From Nitrososphaerota archaeon (GTDB taxonomy: Archaea; Thermoproteota; Nitrososphaeria_A; Caldarchaeales; Caldarchaeaceae), in contig JBEPYN010000001.1 in the NCBI GenBank assembly GCA_041641305.1, positions 480,001 to 544,000 on the forward strand: a stretch of 64,000 nucleotides of DNA. Reading direction: 5' to 3'. Numbering within the stretch: position 1 is the stretch's first letter; each line of letters opens with the position of its first letter. Of the stretch, positions 47,211-55,843 are shown in pieces. The translations under genes and the position numbers were made by a program. The notes under the pieces were generated by a model that was given only the letters and a program-made list of their open reading frames with translations, did no database searches and was not told the origin of the DNA.

Positions 47211-50200
47211 CAATTCAAAGGAAACTCTGCAGAGTGTTCTTTTGAAGGAGTTACAGGAGGTTTCTGAGGTTGCTATCGCGACAGCGTACTTCAACATCAC
47301 GGGCTTCGGCGACATAGAGCCCGGCTTAGCAGACAAACCTCTACGCCTCCTACTAGGCAGGCCTCCCACCGAGCAGATAGAATGGGAGGAAGAAGTTCTT
47401 AGAGAGCTTGAGGAATATGAGGATGACCCTCGATACTTCAGTCTTCTGCAGAGAGTGATAACGTTTTTTGAACATTATTCTAGGGAGGTGAGAATAGTTG
47501 ATGGAAAGTTTTTCCACGGCAAGGCGTTTCTGGGAGTTCACCCGTCTTTCCAAGACGTTAGGAGGGGGTTTGCATCCGTGGGCTCAAGCAACTTCACCCA
47601 TGGAGGACTGGTTACCAACAGGGAGCTGAACATGTTCACAACGGATAGGGAGACTGTTCAAGAGCTGGCGGAATGGTTTCAAAAACAGTGGAGCGATATG
47701 TTTTCAAGAGACTATAAGAACGAGTTCCTAAGCCTTCTAAAAACATACGTCACCTCATGGAGTCCATACGAGGTCGCGGCCAAAGCATTGTGGGAAACCT
47801 ATAAAAAAGATTGGGAAACCAAGAGGCCGAATATACTCAAAAACCTGTACCCGCATCAGCAGCTAACCTTCATAGACGCATTAGACAAGCTGGAAAAATA
47901 CGGCGGCGTAGTTATCGCCGATTCCACGGGTCTTGGAAAAACCCTTACGGCCTTGGCCATAGCTCACTACTATAAGGGTCTTGGTGTCAAGTCTCTGCTC
48001 ATAGCTCCCAAAAGCATACTCGACACTACTTGGATGACCGAGATGGATAGCTCCGACATATGGGTTAAGTGGATAAACTCCGAGAAACTTTCAGCAGACC
48101 CAGAAATAGTGGAACAATATGTAAACAATGATAAAAGCATTGGGTTGATTATCGTTGATGAGGCGCATTATTTCCGCAATCCTGCAACAAACCGTTACAA
48201 CGCACTAAGCAAGCTGATTAAACTTACCAGGTCCAAGGTGGTTCTGGTAACTGCCACACCTGTAAACACAAGCCTCATGGACCTGTACCACATAATGGCG
48301 CTCTATCTTCCAGACAACATCATATTTGACGAATACAGAACTACGCTGGGAGAATATTTCATACAGAGCCAGAAAAAATGGCTGAACAACGAGCCAGTAG
48401 ACATGGAAGATATTCTGAGGAAATTCGTGGTGAGACACTCTAGACAATTAGCAAAGGCGCTGGACAGGGAGGGCAGGATAAAATTCCCGGAGAGACAACT
48501 ACACACCATAAAATACGACCTGCCACTCGACGTGGAAAAACTATACAATCTCCTCGACAAACTTAACCTATATTTCTACGAGCTCAGCGTAGACAAGCTC
48601 TCTCAACAGTTCAGGCTACCTGATGGAACACCCGCCATAAAATATGAGAAACAAGCCGAAAACCTGAAAGACCTGATAAAGGTGATACAGAAGATAGGTC
48701 TTCTCAAAAGACTGGAAAGCAGCATACATGCGTTCAGAGAATCCATCAACAGAATTAAGAAATACATTGAGTACGCAACAATCTATGCAGAAAAAGAATC
48801 CATATTCATACCTCCCAAGCTCAAAGGGGACCTGTTCGCTCTGCTCGGCGAAGAAGAGGAACAGGCAACCCTTCCAACAATGGAGGACCTATTCTATAAA
48901 CATCGACACCTTCTCGAAAAATGCAGTCTAAGCAACCATGAGAAACAAAAACTTATCCAGAGCAACAGGGAAGACCTGAAGACAATTGAAGAAGTGATAT
49001 CGCTGCTACCCGCCAGAGACACAAAAATTGATGCTTTTCTAAAGGAAGTTAGCGATGTCGCCAAAAAATTGTCAAAAAGGAACGGCATAATAATATTCAC
49101 CCAATACATCGACACAGCAAAATACGTTTTCGATGCCCTCAGAAACAGCTACCCGTACTCTATCCTCGTAACAGGCGAGGGCGGAAGAGATAGCAGTGGT
49201 AAGAGAATTGAGGAGGCCGAGGCTGTTGAACACTTTCAGAAAAACGGAGGCATATTGGTTAGCACAGACGTTTTGAGCGCCGGGCAAAACCTCCAAAACG
49301 CTCAATACATAGTCAACTACGACTTCCCATGGAACCCCGTAATACTTATACAAAGGGCTGGGAGAGTTGACCGAATAGGCTCCCCCTATGACAGCGTCTA
49401 CCTCTTCAACGTTCTACCCCATCAAGGAGGCCCCGACGACCCAACCAGCCTCGAATACTTCCTGGGCCTCATGACGAGGCTCTACCAGAGACTTGAGGCC
49501 ATCAGAGCCACCATAGGGCTTGACGCATCAACCCTGGGTGAAGAAGCCATACCTAGAGACTATACAGAGCAGAGAAGAATAGCCGCCGAGGACAAAAAAG
49601 TTTTAGCGGAGCTTGAGAAAAAACTTGAGCAATTCACGAAAGACCCGTTGGACGACCTAGCCCAAATAATCAACGAGAGAGGAATAGACTGGGTTGAGAA
49701 GCTTCCCAACGGAATAGGAGCGTTGAAAAAAGACAGCTTCGACGCTGTTTTCGCCCTCTTCACAGACGGGCAACAGCACTACTGGAGGTTGAAAAACCTA
49801 GACACGGGCGAGACCTTGACGAAGCCGTCCGAGATAGTTCCTATCCTGCTCCGCGGGGACGTTCACAGCAAAGGAGAGAGGATAAACTACGACATATTAG
49901 TGGATAAGCTGAGACAATTAAAAGAGGAGCTCAGAACAGAGCTGTTGAAAAAACAGACAATAACCACAACCATAGAAGACATCCCAGTATCGGTTACCAA
50001 AATCGTTAAAGAAATATACGAGGCACTAGAGAGGTTGGGAGAGGAGGGAATAGTTTTAGCCGCAAGGTTCAGAAAACAAGCCAACAACCCAACCACCGTC
50101 AAAATACTGAAAAAAGCACTAGAGGAGGGAAAACTACTCGAAGAAGCAAGGAAAATCCTCAAAGAAGACACCCAAACCAAAGCATCAAACAACAACCAGA

Positions 50201-50265
50201 CACTAAAAATCAAAAGAATATGCTGGTGCTACATAAGGAAGGAAAACCAACCCAACAACCCGTAA
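47194..50265 (+). CDS. PLD-nuclease plus SNF2/SF2 helicase fusion
   Basis: FHGK...GSSNFT...N.E (PLD), DSTGLGKT, DEAH, TATP, AGQNLQ, QRAGRVDR. Confidence 0.9.
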   Translation: MTKIVDNSKETLQSVLLKELQEVSEVAIATAYFNITGFGDIEPGLADKPLRLLLGRPPTEQIEWEEEVLRELEEYEDDPRYFSLLQRVITFFEHYSREVRIVDGKFFHGKAFLGVHPSFQDVRRGFASVGSSNFTHGGLVTNRELNMFTTDRETVQELAEWFQKQWSDMFSRDYKNEFLSLLKTYVTSWSPYEVAAKALWETYKKDWETKRPNILKNLYPHQQLTFIDALDKLEKYGGVVIADSTGLGKTLTALAIAHYYKGLGVKSLLIAPKSILDTTWMTEMDSSDIWVKWINSEKLSADPEIVEQYVNNDKSIGLIIVDEAHYFRNPATNRYNALSKLIKLTRSKVVLVTATPVNTSLMDLYHIMALYLPDNIIFDEYRTTLGEYFIQSQKKWLNNEPVDMEDILRKFVVRHSRQLAKALDREGRIKFPERQLHTIKYDLPLDVEKLYNLLDKLNLYFYELSVDKLSQQFRLPDGTPAIKYEKQAENLKDLIKVIQKIGLLKRLESSIHAFRESINRIKKYIEYATIYAEKESIFIPPKLKGDLFALLGEEEEQATLPTMEDLFYKHRHLLEKCSLSNHEKQKLIQSNREDLKTIEEVISLLPARDTKIDAFLKEVSDVAKKLSKRNGIIIFTQYIDTAKYVFDALRNSYPYSILVTGEGGRDSSGKRIEEAEAVEHFQKNGGILVSTDVLSAGQNLQNAQYIVNYDFPWNPVILIQRAGRVDRIGSPYDSVYLFNVLPHQGGPDDPTSLEYFLGLMTRLYQRLEAIRATIGLDASTLGEEAIPRDYTEQRRIAAEDKKVLAELEKKLEQFTKDPLDDLAQIINERGIDWVEKLPNGIGALKKDSFDAVFALFTDGQQHYWRLKNLDTGETLTKPSEIVPILLRGDVHSKGERINYDILVDKLRQLKEELRTELLKKQTITTTIEDIPVSVTKIVKEIYEALERLGEEGIVLAARFRKQANNPTTVKILKKALEEGKLLEEARKILKEDTQTKASNNNQTLKIKRICWCYIRKENQPNNP

Positions 50266-50316
50266 CAACATGAACCTGTGAAAAAACGTATAAAGCCACT
50301 GACCAAGTATTTAGAC

Positions 50317-50535
50317 GTGGCTGCTATCTAGGAAATTACCAGAATCTATCTTGAGACAGCTCAGACAGACTTGGGTGCGGCCAACTTCCTCTACCAGAAG
50401 GAATTCTACCCGCATGCTTTAGACAAGTATTCGAACTACGATAAACCTGGGGAAATAATCAGAGGCGCCAAACAGATTCTAAGGAGCCTGATTTTTAACC
50501 AGAATTTGAGCGCTGTACCTTCTCCACGCAATTAG
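50317..50535 (+). pseudogene. HEPN-domain gene remnant
   Basis: GTG GCT GCT ATC TAG, then in frame EITRIYLETAQTDLGAANFLYQKEFYPHA (HEPN N-terminal helix pattern); central part missing. Confidence 0.55.
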
Positions 50536-50578
50536 GCCTCATCCGTTTTTATGCCTGTATGTTTGGGTTACTATCTCG

Positions 50579-50956
50579 ATGAAGTGTGGTTTGGCTGTTT
50601 TGCTTGTTTTGCTGGCTTTTTTGCCTCTGGCAGCTGCTGAGCCGGGGTTCTTCTTCAGAGTAACCGACTGCGCCACCGGAGAGCCCATTGCCGGGGCGTT
50701 GGCGGCCATCATACGCGGAAGCTATGGCAACGGCGTGTCCACTAACGCAACCGTATACGCATACTTCGATTCACCTTACGGAGAATACACCTATTATATT
50801 TCCATGCAGGGCTACAGGATGGGAGGCGGGGAAGAAGTGAAAAGCATGAAGAAACCCTCCAGATACAGAAATACAGCAGATATTTCACCTCATCGAAGGT
50901 ACGGGCTGAGACATAATAGCTACTTGACAGGTTTTCATTCACGCCATGAAGCCTGA
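50579..50956 (+). pseudogene. Truncated paralogue of the N-terminus of the 834-aa surface protein
   Basis: AAEP..RVTDCATGEPIAGA...YTYYISMQGYR versus AAEP..RVTDCITGAPIQGA...YSYYVTASGYR, followed by an unrelated tail. Confidence 0.6.
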
Positions 50957-51189
50957 GAATTTCAGATTTTCGTGGCCAAACATCCTTATTCCTTGAAATT
51001 TTGCCTCTCTAAGGTTTACGGATAGGGAATCTTCGACTTTAGTCCCTCTCGAAAGATTATATGCTGTTTAGCGGTGGTGTTTACGCTGGTGGGCTGAGTT
51101 TGACCCATCAGCATTGTATATCGGATTTCTTTCCCCGAGAGGGTTTTTGAGAATATTGAGACTCACCCGTCTATGAGGCCACGGGCACG

Positions 51190-51630
51190 ATGAGGCTAAA
51201 GGTGAGCAAAAAGGTCTGGAAAGAGCTTAACATCCCAGATAAGGGTGATTTCAAGGCTGTTGTAAGGGGTAGGATGTTTAAAAGCAGGTATGATACTACG
51301 GCTGGTCTAAGGCTGCGGATACCCAGCCACTATACATACCTGTTTAGGGAAAACGGCTTCATGGAGAATGGGGAAAATAATGGTCAAAGGAGTTTGTTTA
51401 TTGACCTTTGGGTTGAGGACGGTATGCTATGCATGTCATACAAGCCTGACGAGGAATATGACCATTACGAGAATATACCGATTTTTAAAGCACCTAATTA
51501 TGGGAAAGGAGTTGGTTTCTGCGCAAGATGCCAAATAGGATATATTATCGAATTTTCTCCTAAGTGTCCTATTCATGGTATAACTAAGAACAAAACCAAG
51601 AAAAAGAAAAACAACAACATAACTAATTAA
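51190..51630 (+). CDS. Hypothetical protein with C-terminal zinc ribbon (CARC...CPIH)
   Basis: 146 aa, low GC; N-terminal RLKVSKKVWKELNI resembles AbrB-like DNA-binding segments. Confidence 0.55.
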   Translation: MRLKVSKKVWKELNIPDKGDFKAVVRGRMFKSRYDTTAGLRLRIPSHYTYLFRENGFMENGENNGQRSLFIDLWVEDGMLCMSYKPDEEYDHYENIPIFKAPNYGKGVGFCARCQIGYIIEFSPKCPIHGITKNKTKKKKNNNITN

Positions 51631-51781
51631 TCATGCGGCGGGCGCCATTGAGTTTAAAGAAGCGTCTGAAGATACCCAGGTTCAGCTCCCTCGCTATGCC
51701 GTAAACCATCCAGGTCAGGACAAGCGTCAAAATGAGCGTGACGAAGACCATCACAAACTCCAAGTCGGTGGACGACGTCAT
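51623..51781 (-). CDS. Small single-TM protein (52 aa)
   Basis: Not in the track: MTSSTDLEFVMVFVTLILTLVLTWMVYGIARELNLGIFRRFFK..., starting 4 bp after the stop of the upstream gene. Confidence 0.5.
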   Translation of the reverse strand: MTSSTDLEFVMVFVTLILTLVLTWMVYGIARELNLGIFRRFFKLNGARRMIN

Positions 51782-51785
51782 CTTT

Positions 51786-54290
51786 TCACACCATCCCCTT
51801 AGCCCTCTTTCTTCTCTGCCCAGCGGCCCTGCGCAGCCCTATCACCGAGGCCACAGCCACCGCAGCCACAGCTATCGGCATCAGCATGGTTAGGAGATCT
51901 GATGAGGACAAGGCGATGTTTCCCAGCACAAGCGTGACTGGAACCTTTATGACAAACTCCTGCCCATCGGCGAGGAGGTTAACCTGCTGCACGGCCTGCT
52001 TGGTTCCGACAGACGCTTTTAAGACATAGGGGCCGGGTGGGAGCAGAGGGTAGAATGCTTCGGAGCCTGTGAATGTTCCCAGAGAGACATCTCCCCTTGA
52101 AAGTGTGATGGATGCCTCTATGGGTGAACCAAGCTCGTTGACCGCGGCTGCCCTGAGGCCGTAGAGAGGCAGAGTAAACTCGGTTCTGTTCCCCGCTTTG
52201 GCCATGCCCTCGAAAACCGTGAACCCTCTGTAACGTGCGGTGAAGCCGTAGGAGCCGGCGGGTTTCTGGCCTAGCCTCACAACGCCGTCCGCGCCTGTTT
52301 TCTGGGAGCCGAGGCCGGCGGCCTCAACCTCTACACCGCTTATCGGCGCACCGTTTTGGTCATGGAAAAACAGCTCAACCCATCCAGCCTCCACGACAAC
52401 ACTCACTTCTTCAGCGGCCTTCACGGTGCCGTTGAAAACAGCTACGTCATCTAAAAAGATGATAAGCTGATGTGTACCAGCCGGCACTTGGTCAAAGACA
52501 GCCGACCCGTTTACAACAGGCTGCTGCTCCGATGACTGGCCCCGCCACAGCATGGCGGAGGCCTTTATCAAAGGCTGGCCATCGACGCCGAGAACAATTA
52601 GACGCATTTTGTAAACCTCAGCCTCAAGCCTCAGAGTCTCTCCCGGCATCGGCTCAACCACTGTGCCGAGGACTTTGTAGCCGTTCCAAGATGCTTCAAA
52701 CCTGTAGGGCCCGGGTGTGAGGTTGCTTAGGGTTGCTTTGCCGCCGCGAAGTGTGAGAGGTTTGCCCTCAACCGTCAACTCAGCATCTATGAGCCGACCC
52801 TCCTTATCCACCATCTCGACAACAGCGTCAAACACGTTCACCCTCATAACATGTTGTCCATGGTCGCGGGGAAGCGTGAAAACCTGCTCACCAACGTCAA
52901 CGTATCTCTCCCTGTAAAAGTCGTAAGCCTGCACCTGGACAACGTATTCGCCTCGTGGAAGCCTGTCGAAAACGGTTGATGAAATATTTTCAGCTAAACG
53001 GTTCAACGGCTTGAGCATGATTTTGACCGGTATGTTAACTTGTTTGCCCTCTACTGTCTCGAGCCTGACGCCGATGTCGCCGACGTCCACAGTTGCTTGG
53101 AGTTCTCCACCTGGGCTGTTGATTACCAGAGGTTCGGAGACACGTACCTGCGATGCATAGACTTCTACATCCATCCAGCGCACCGAGACGCTGTAATCGC
53201 CCGGCGGCACGTTGACAAACCTCGCTAAACCATTCTCTGAAAAAGCTCTCACACCGTTCAGGAAAACGTCCGTTTCCAAAGGCCTGTTGGCGAGGTCCCT
53301 CACCTCCACATGCACCTCATAGAGGGAAGATCTTAGGAAGGGTTGTTTGACAAGGTCTATGAGTATTGTGTATTGCTGTGAGACGAGGTAGACTTTTTCA
53401 TCGTATGGAGATAGGTATGTGATGCGGGTTAGGTAGGCCCCGTCATTCATTCTCCTGACATCTATGTATCCGTTTTCGTCGGCTTGGTAGGTGAATGAGC
53501 CCTGTATGTTGGGGAGTGTGGGGATGAATTCTACCACCGCTCCTGGCACGGGGTTCTGGCCCCACTTATCCATCACCTGTACCCTGAAGCTTCGGTAGGG
53601 AGTTATCACTACGTAGTCTAGGTCTGTGGAGATGGTCAGCGGCCCTATGCTTCTGCCATCAGCCCCTGTGAAAACCGCTCTGAACCGCAGCTCTGCCTTC
53701 AGCCTGCCCGTGGGGACGTCGGGACGCGGGTTGACGGATATGTTGAAGCTTTGTTCGACAAGCCTGTCCAAGACAGCTCCCCTGGGAACCGTGTATGTTA
53801 TGGCGGGGCCGTCGTATCCAGCCACCCATATCTGAAACTCCGTGATGTTGAACACACCAGCCTCCAAGTTCTTCAATCTGATGATTGCCCAGCCGCTTCC
53901 ACCGGCGTGTATATCTCCCTGCCATGCGAGAACATCGGCCACAACCCGCCAAAAACCAGCGGCCTCGGGAACCAGACACACATTAAACACCTCATCGAGC
54001 GAAAACCTTCTCTCACCGGCGTCTATACGGTAACCCGAGGCTGTCACATAATAGGAGTAAAACCATGCAAAAGCCTCGATAGACGCGTATCCGGTCGAGT
54101 TGGTGATTCCTCCGGTCTGATGGGTTGGGTTGTCGAGGTTGACAGACGCTCCCTGAATAGGTGCCCCTGTTATGCAGTCCGTGACACGGACGTAAACCGT
54201 GCCAAACGGTGTCCCGGGCGGAATAGGTTCAGCAGCATATGCTGAGAAGAGAAGCAGAAAAACACCTGTGATAAGAATCTTTGAGCGCAT
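51786..54290 (-). CDS. Large cell-surface protein with repeated carboxypeptidase-regulatory/Cna-B-like beta domains
   Basis: Signal peptide, repeated V.D..G.P...A.V...G.A.F..LP.G.Y units, C-terminal TM plus basic tail. Confidence 0.82.
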   Translation of the reverse strand: MRSKILITGVFLLLFSAYAAEPIPPGTPFGTVYVRVTDCITGAPIQGASVNLDNPTHQTGGITNSTGYASIEAFAWFYSYYVTASGYRIDAGERRFSLDEVFNVCLVPEAAGFWRVVADVLAWQGDIHAGGSGWAIIRLKNLEAGVFNITEFQIWVAGYDGPAITYTVPRGAVLDRLVEQSFNISVNPRPDVPTGRLKAELRFRAVFTGADGRSIGPLTISTDLDYVVITPYRSFRVQVMDKWGQNPVPGAVVEFIPTLPNIQGSFTYQADENGYIDVRRMNDGAYLTRITYLSPYDEKVYLVSQQYTILIDLVKQPFLRSSLYEVHVEVRDLANRPLETDVFLNGVRAFSENGLARFVNVPPGDYSVSVRWMDVEVYASQVRVSEPLVINSPGGELQATVDVGDIGVRLETVEGKQVNIPVKIMLKPLNRLAENISSTVFDRLPRGEYVVQVQAYDFYRERYVDVGEQVFTLPRDHGQHVMRVNVFDAVVEMVDKEGRLIDAELTVEGKPLTLRGGKATLSNLTPGPYRFEASWNGYKVLGTVVEPMPGETLRLEAEVYKMRLIVLGVDGQPLIKASAMLWRGQSSEQQPVVNGSAVFDQVPAGTHQLIIFLDDVAVFNGTVKAAEEVSVVVEAGWVELFFHDQNGAPISGVEVEAAGLGSQKTGADGVVRLGQKPAGSYGFTARYRGFTVFEGMAKAGNRTEFTLPLYGLRAAAVNELGSPIEASITLSRGDVSLGTFTGSEAFYPLLPPGPYVLKASVGTKQAVQQVNLLADGQEFVIKVPVTLVLGNIALSSSDLLTMLMPIAVAAVAVASVIGLRRAAGQRRKRAKGMV

Positions 54291-54406
54291 TCTATCGAGA
54301 TTCCGCCAACGTCTGCTTATATCTATTTTCTGTGTTTCAGTTCGGCGGCGGTGCGGTGGAGCGACGAGATTATATAGCGATGATTCCGTTGATTGGTAGG
54401 TAGGGT

Positions 54407-54595
54407 TTGGTTTCCGCGAGGAATGTTGTTAGGCTGTTGATTAAGGCCGTGGCTGGGCTGCTTCTCATAGGCTCCGCGATAATTGCCTACAATCTTTCCA
54501 CAACGCCGTTGGCCTCCATACCCGTCATAGGCACTTTAACGATTTTCTTCACCGCCCTCCTCGTCATCGGAGCCGTGCTGATACTTATCTACTGA
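54407..54595 (+). CDS. Small two-TM membrane protein
   Basis: 62-aa hydrophobic ORF co-oriented with thrC. Confidence 0.55.
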   Translation: MVSARNVVRLLIKAVAGLLLIGSAIIAYNLSTTPLASIPVIGTLTIFFTALLVIGAVLILIY

Positions 54596-54603
54596 CAACG
54601 GCC

Positions 54604-55815
54604 TTGAATCCTCCATACCTAAGATGCATATCATGCGGCGCCGAATGGAGCGGTGACGAAATAATCTACACATGCAGCAGATGCGGCGCTCTTCTCGAGG
54701 TTGTGCTGCCCAGTCTCGAGGAAATGGATGGAAGAAAGGTGGCGGCCAAATGGAGTGGAAGAGAGAGGACGATGTGGCGATACCGTGAGCTGCTTCCCGT
54801 TGACAAGGCTGTTGTCTCCTTGAGGGAGGGCGGCACACCTCTGTACGAGGCCCCTGCTGCCGCGAAATGGGCTGGTGTAAAGAGGCTATACGTCAAGTTT
54901 GAGGGGATGAACCCGACGGGTAGCTTCAAGGACCGCGGCATGAGCGTCGCAGTATCCAAGGCAGTTGAGCTCGGTAAACGTGTAGTGGTATGCGCTTCCA
55001 CCGGGAACACATCATCATCGATGGCGGCTTACGCTGCAGCGGCTGGGCTGAAAGCTGTGGTCGTGGTCCCCAAATCAGGAGTAGCCGCGGGAAAAATTTT
55101 CCAAACAATTCTACACGGCGCGCAGACTGTTCAGATACCTGAAGGGTTTGACAAGGCTTTGAGCACCGTGATCTCGGCGGCCCTAGGCTCCGAGGCTTAT
55201 CTGCTCAACTCAGTCAACCCATGGCGCATCGAGGGACAGAAAACCCTTGCCTACGAGCTTTGGAGCGACCTCGGCGACACCACGTTCCACCTCTCAGTCC
55301 CAGTAGGCAACTGCGGAAACATCTCAGCCATCTGGAAAGGCTTCAAAGAACTACAGACACTCGAGCTGGTAAACAATCCACCGCGTCTGATAGCTGTACA
55401 GGCGGAGGGTGCGTCACCCTTCGTCGACATGATGAAACGAGGTGACAACCTGTTGAGGCCTGTGGAGAAGCCCATGACCATCGCTTCAGCCATCAGGATA
55501 GGCAAGCCCGTCAACTGGACAAAAGCCCTCAAAGCCATGAAGGAGTCTGAGGGGCTCGCGGAAAAGGTTAGCGACCAGCTGATACTCGAGGCTCAGCGTG
55601 TCCTCGCATCATCCGTTGGAGTAGGTGTCGAACCCGCTTCAGCGGCATCTCTCGCAGGCGTTAAGAAGCTTGTAGAGAGCGGCGACCTAGACGCCTCCGA
55701 AACAGTTGTCTGTGTAGCAACTGGACACGCTCTCAAAGACCCGAACCCCGACATAATCGCACCATACCTCATCCGAGAAAACATTCCACTCGAGAAACTT
55801 CTAAAGAGCGTTTAA
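54604..55815 (+). CDS. thrC: Threonine synthase
   Basis: N-terminal Zn ribbon, NPTGSFKDRG, CASTGNT, EGQKT, PVGNCGN, TGHALKD. Confidence 0.95.
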   Translation: MNPPYLRCISCGAEWSGDEIIYTCSRCGALLEVVLPSLEEMDGRKVAAKWSGRERTMWRYRELLPVDKAVVSLREGGTPLYEAPAAAKWAGVKRLYVKFEGMNPTGSFKDRGMSVAVSKAVELGKRVVVCASTGNTSSSMAAYAAAAGLKAVVVVPKSGVAAGKIFQTILHGAQTVQIPEGFDKALSTVISAALGSEAYLLNSVNPWRIEGQKTLAYELWSDLGDTTFHLSVPVGNCGNISAIWKGFKELQTLELVNNPPRLIAVQAEGASPFVDMMKRGDNLLRPVEKPMTIASAIRIGKPVNWTKALKAMKESEGLAEKVSDQLILEAQRVLASSVGVGVEPASAASLAGVKKLVESGDLDASETVVCVATGHALKDPNPDIIAPYLIRENIPLEKLLKSV

Positions 55816-55843
55816 ATCCAACTACTCGGACACATCTATACAG

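Noticed and set aside
34551-54400. Intact integrated provirus or plasmid at tRNA-Pro
   Set aside because: No integrase, replication or capsid gene recognised and no duplicated tRNA fragment (att) spotted by eye; treated only as an accessory region
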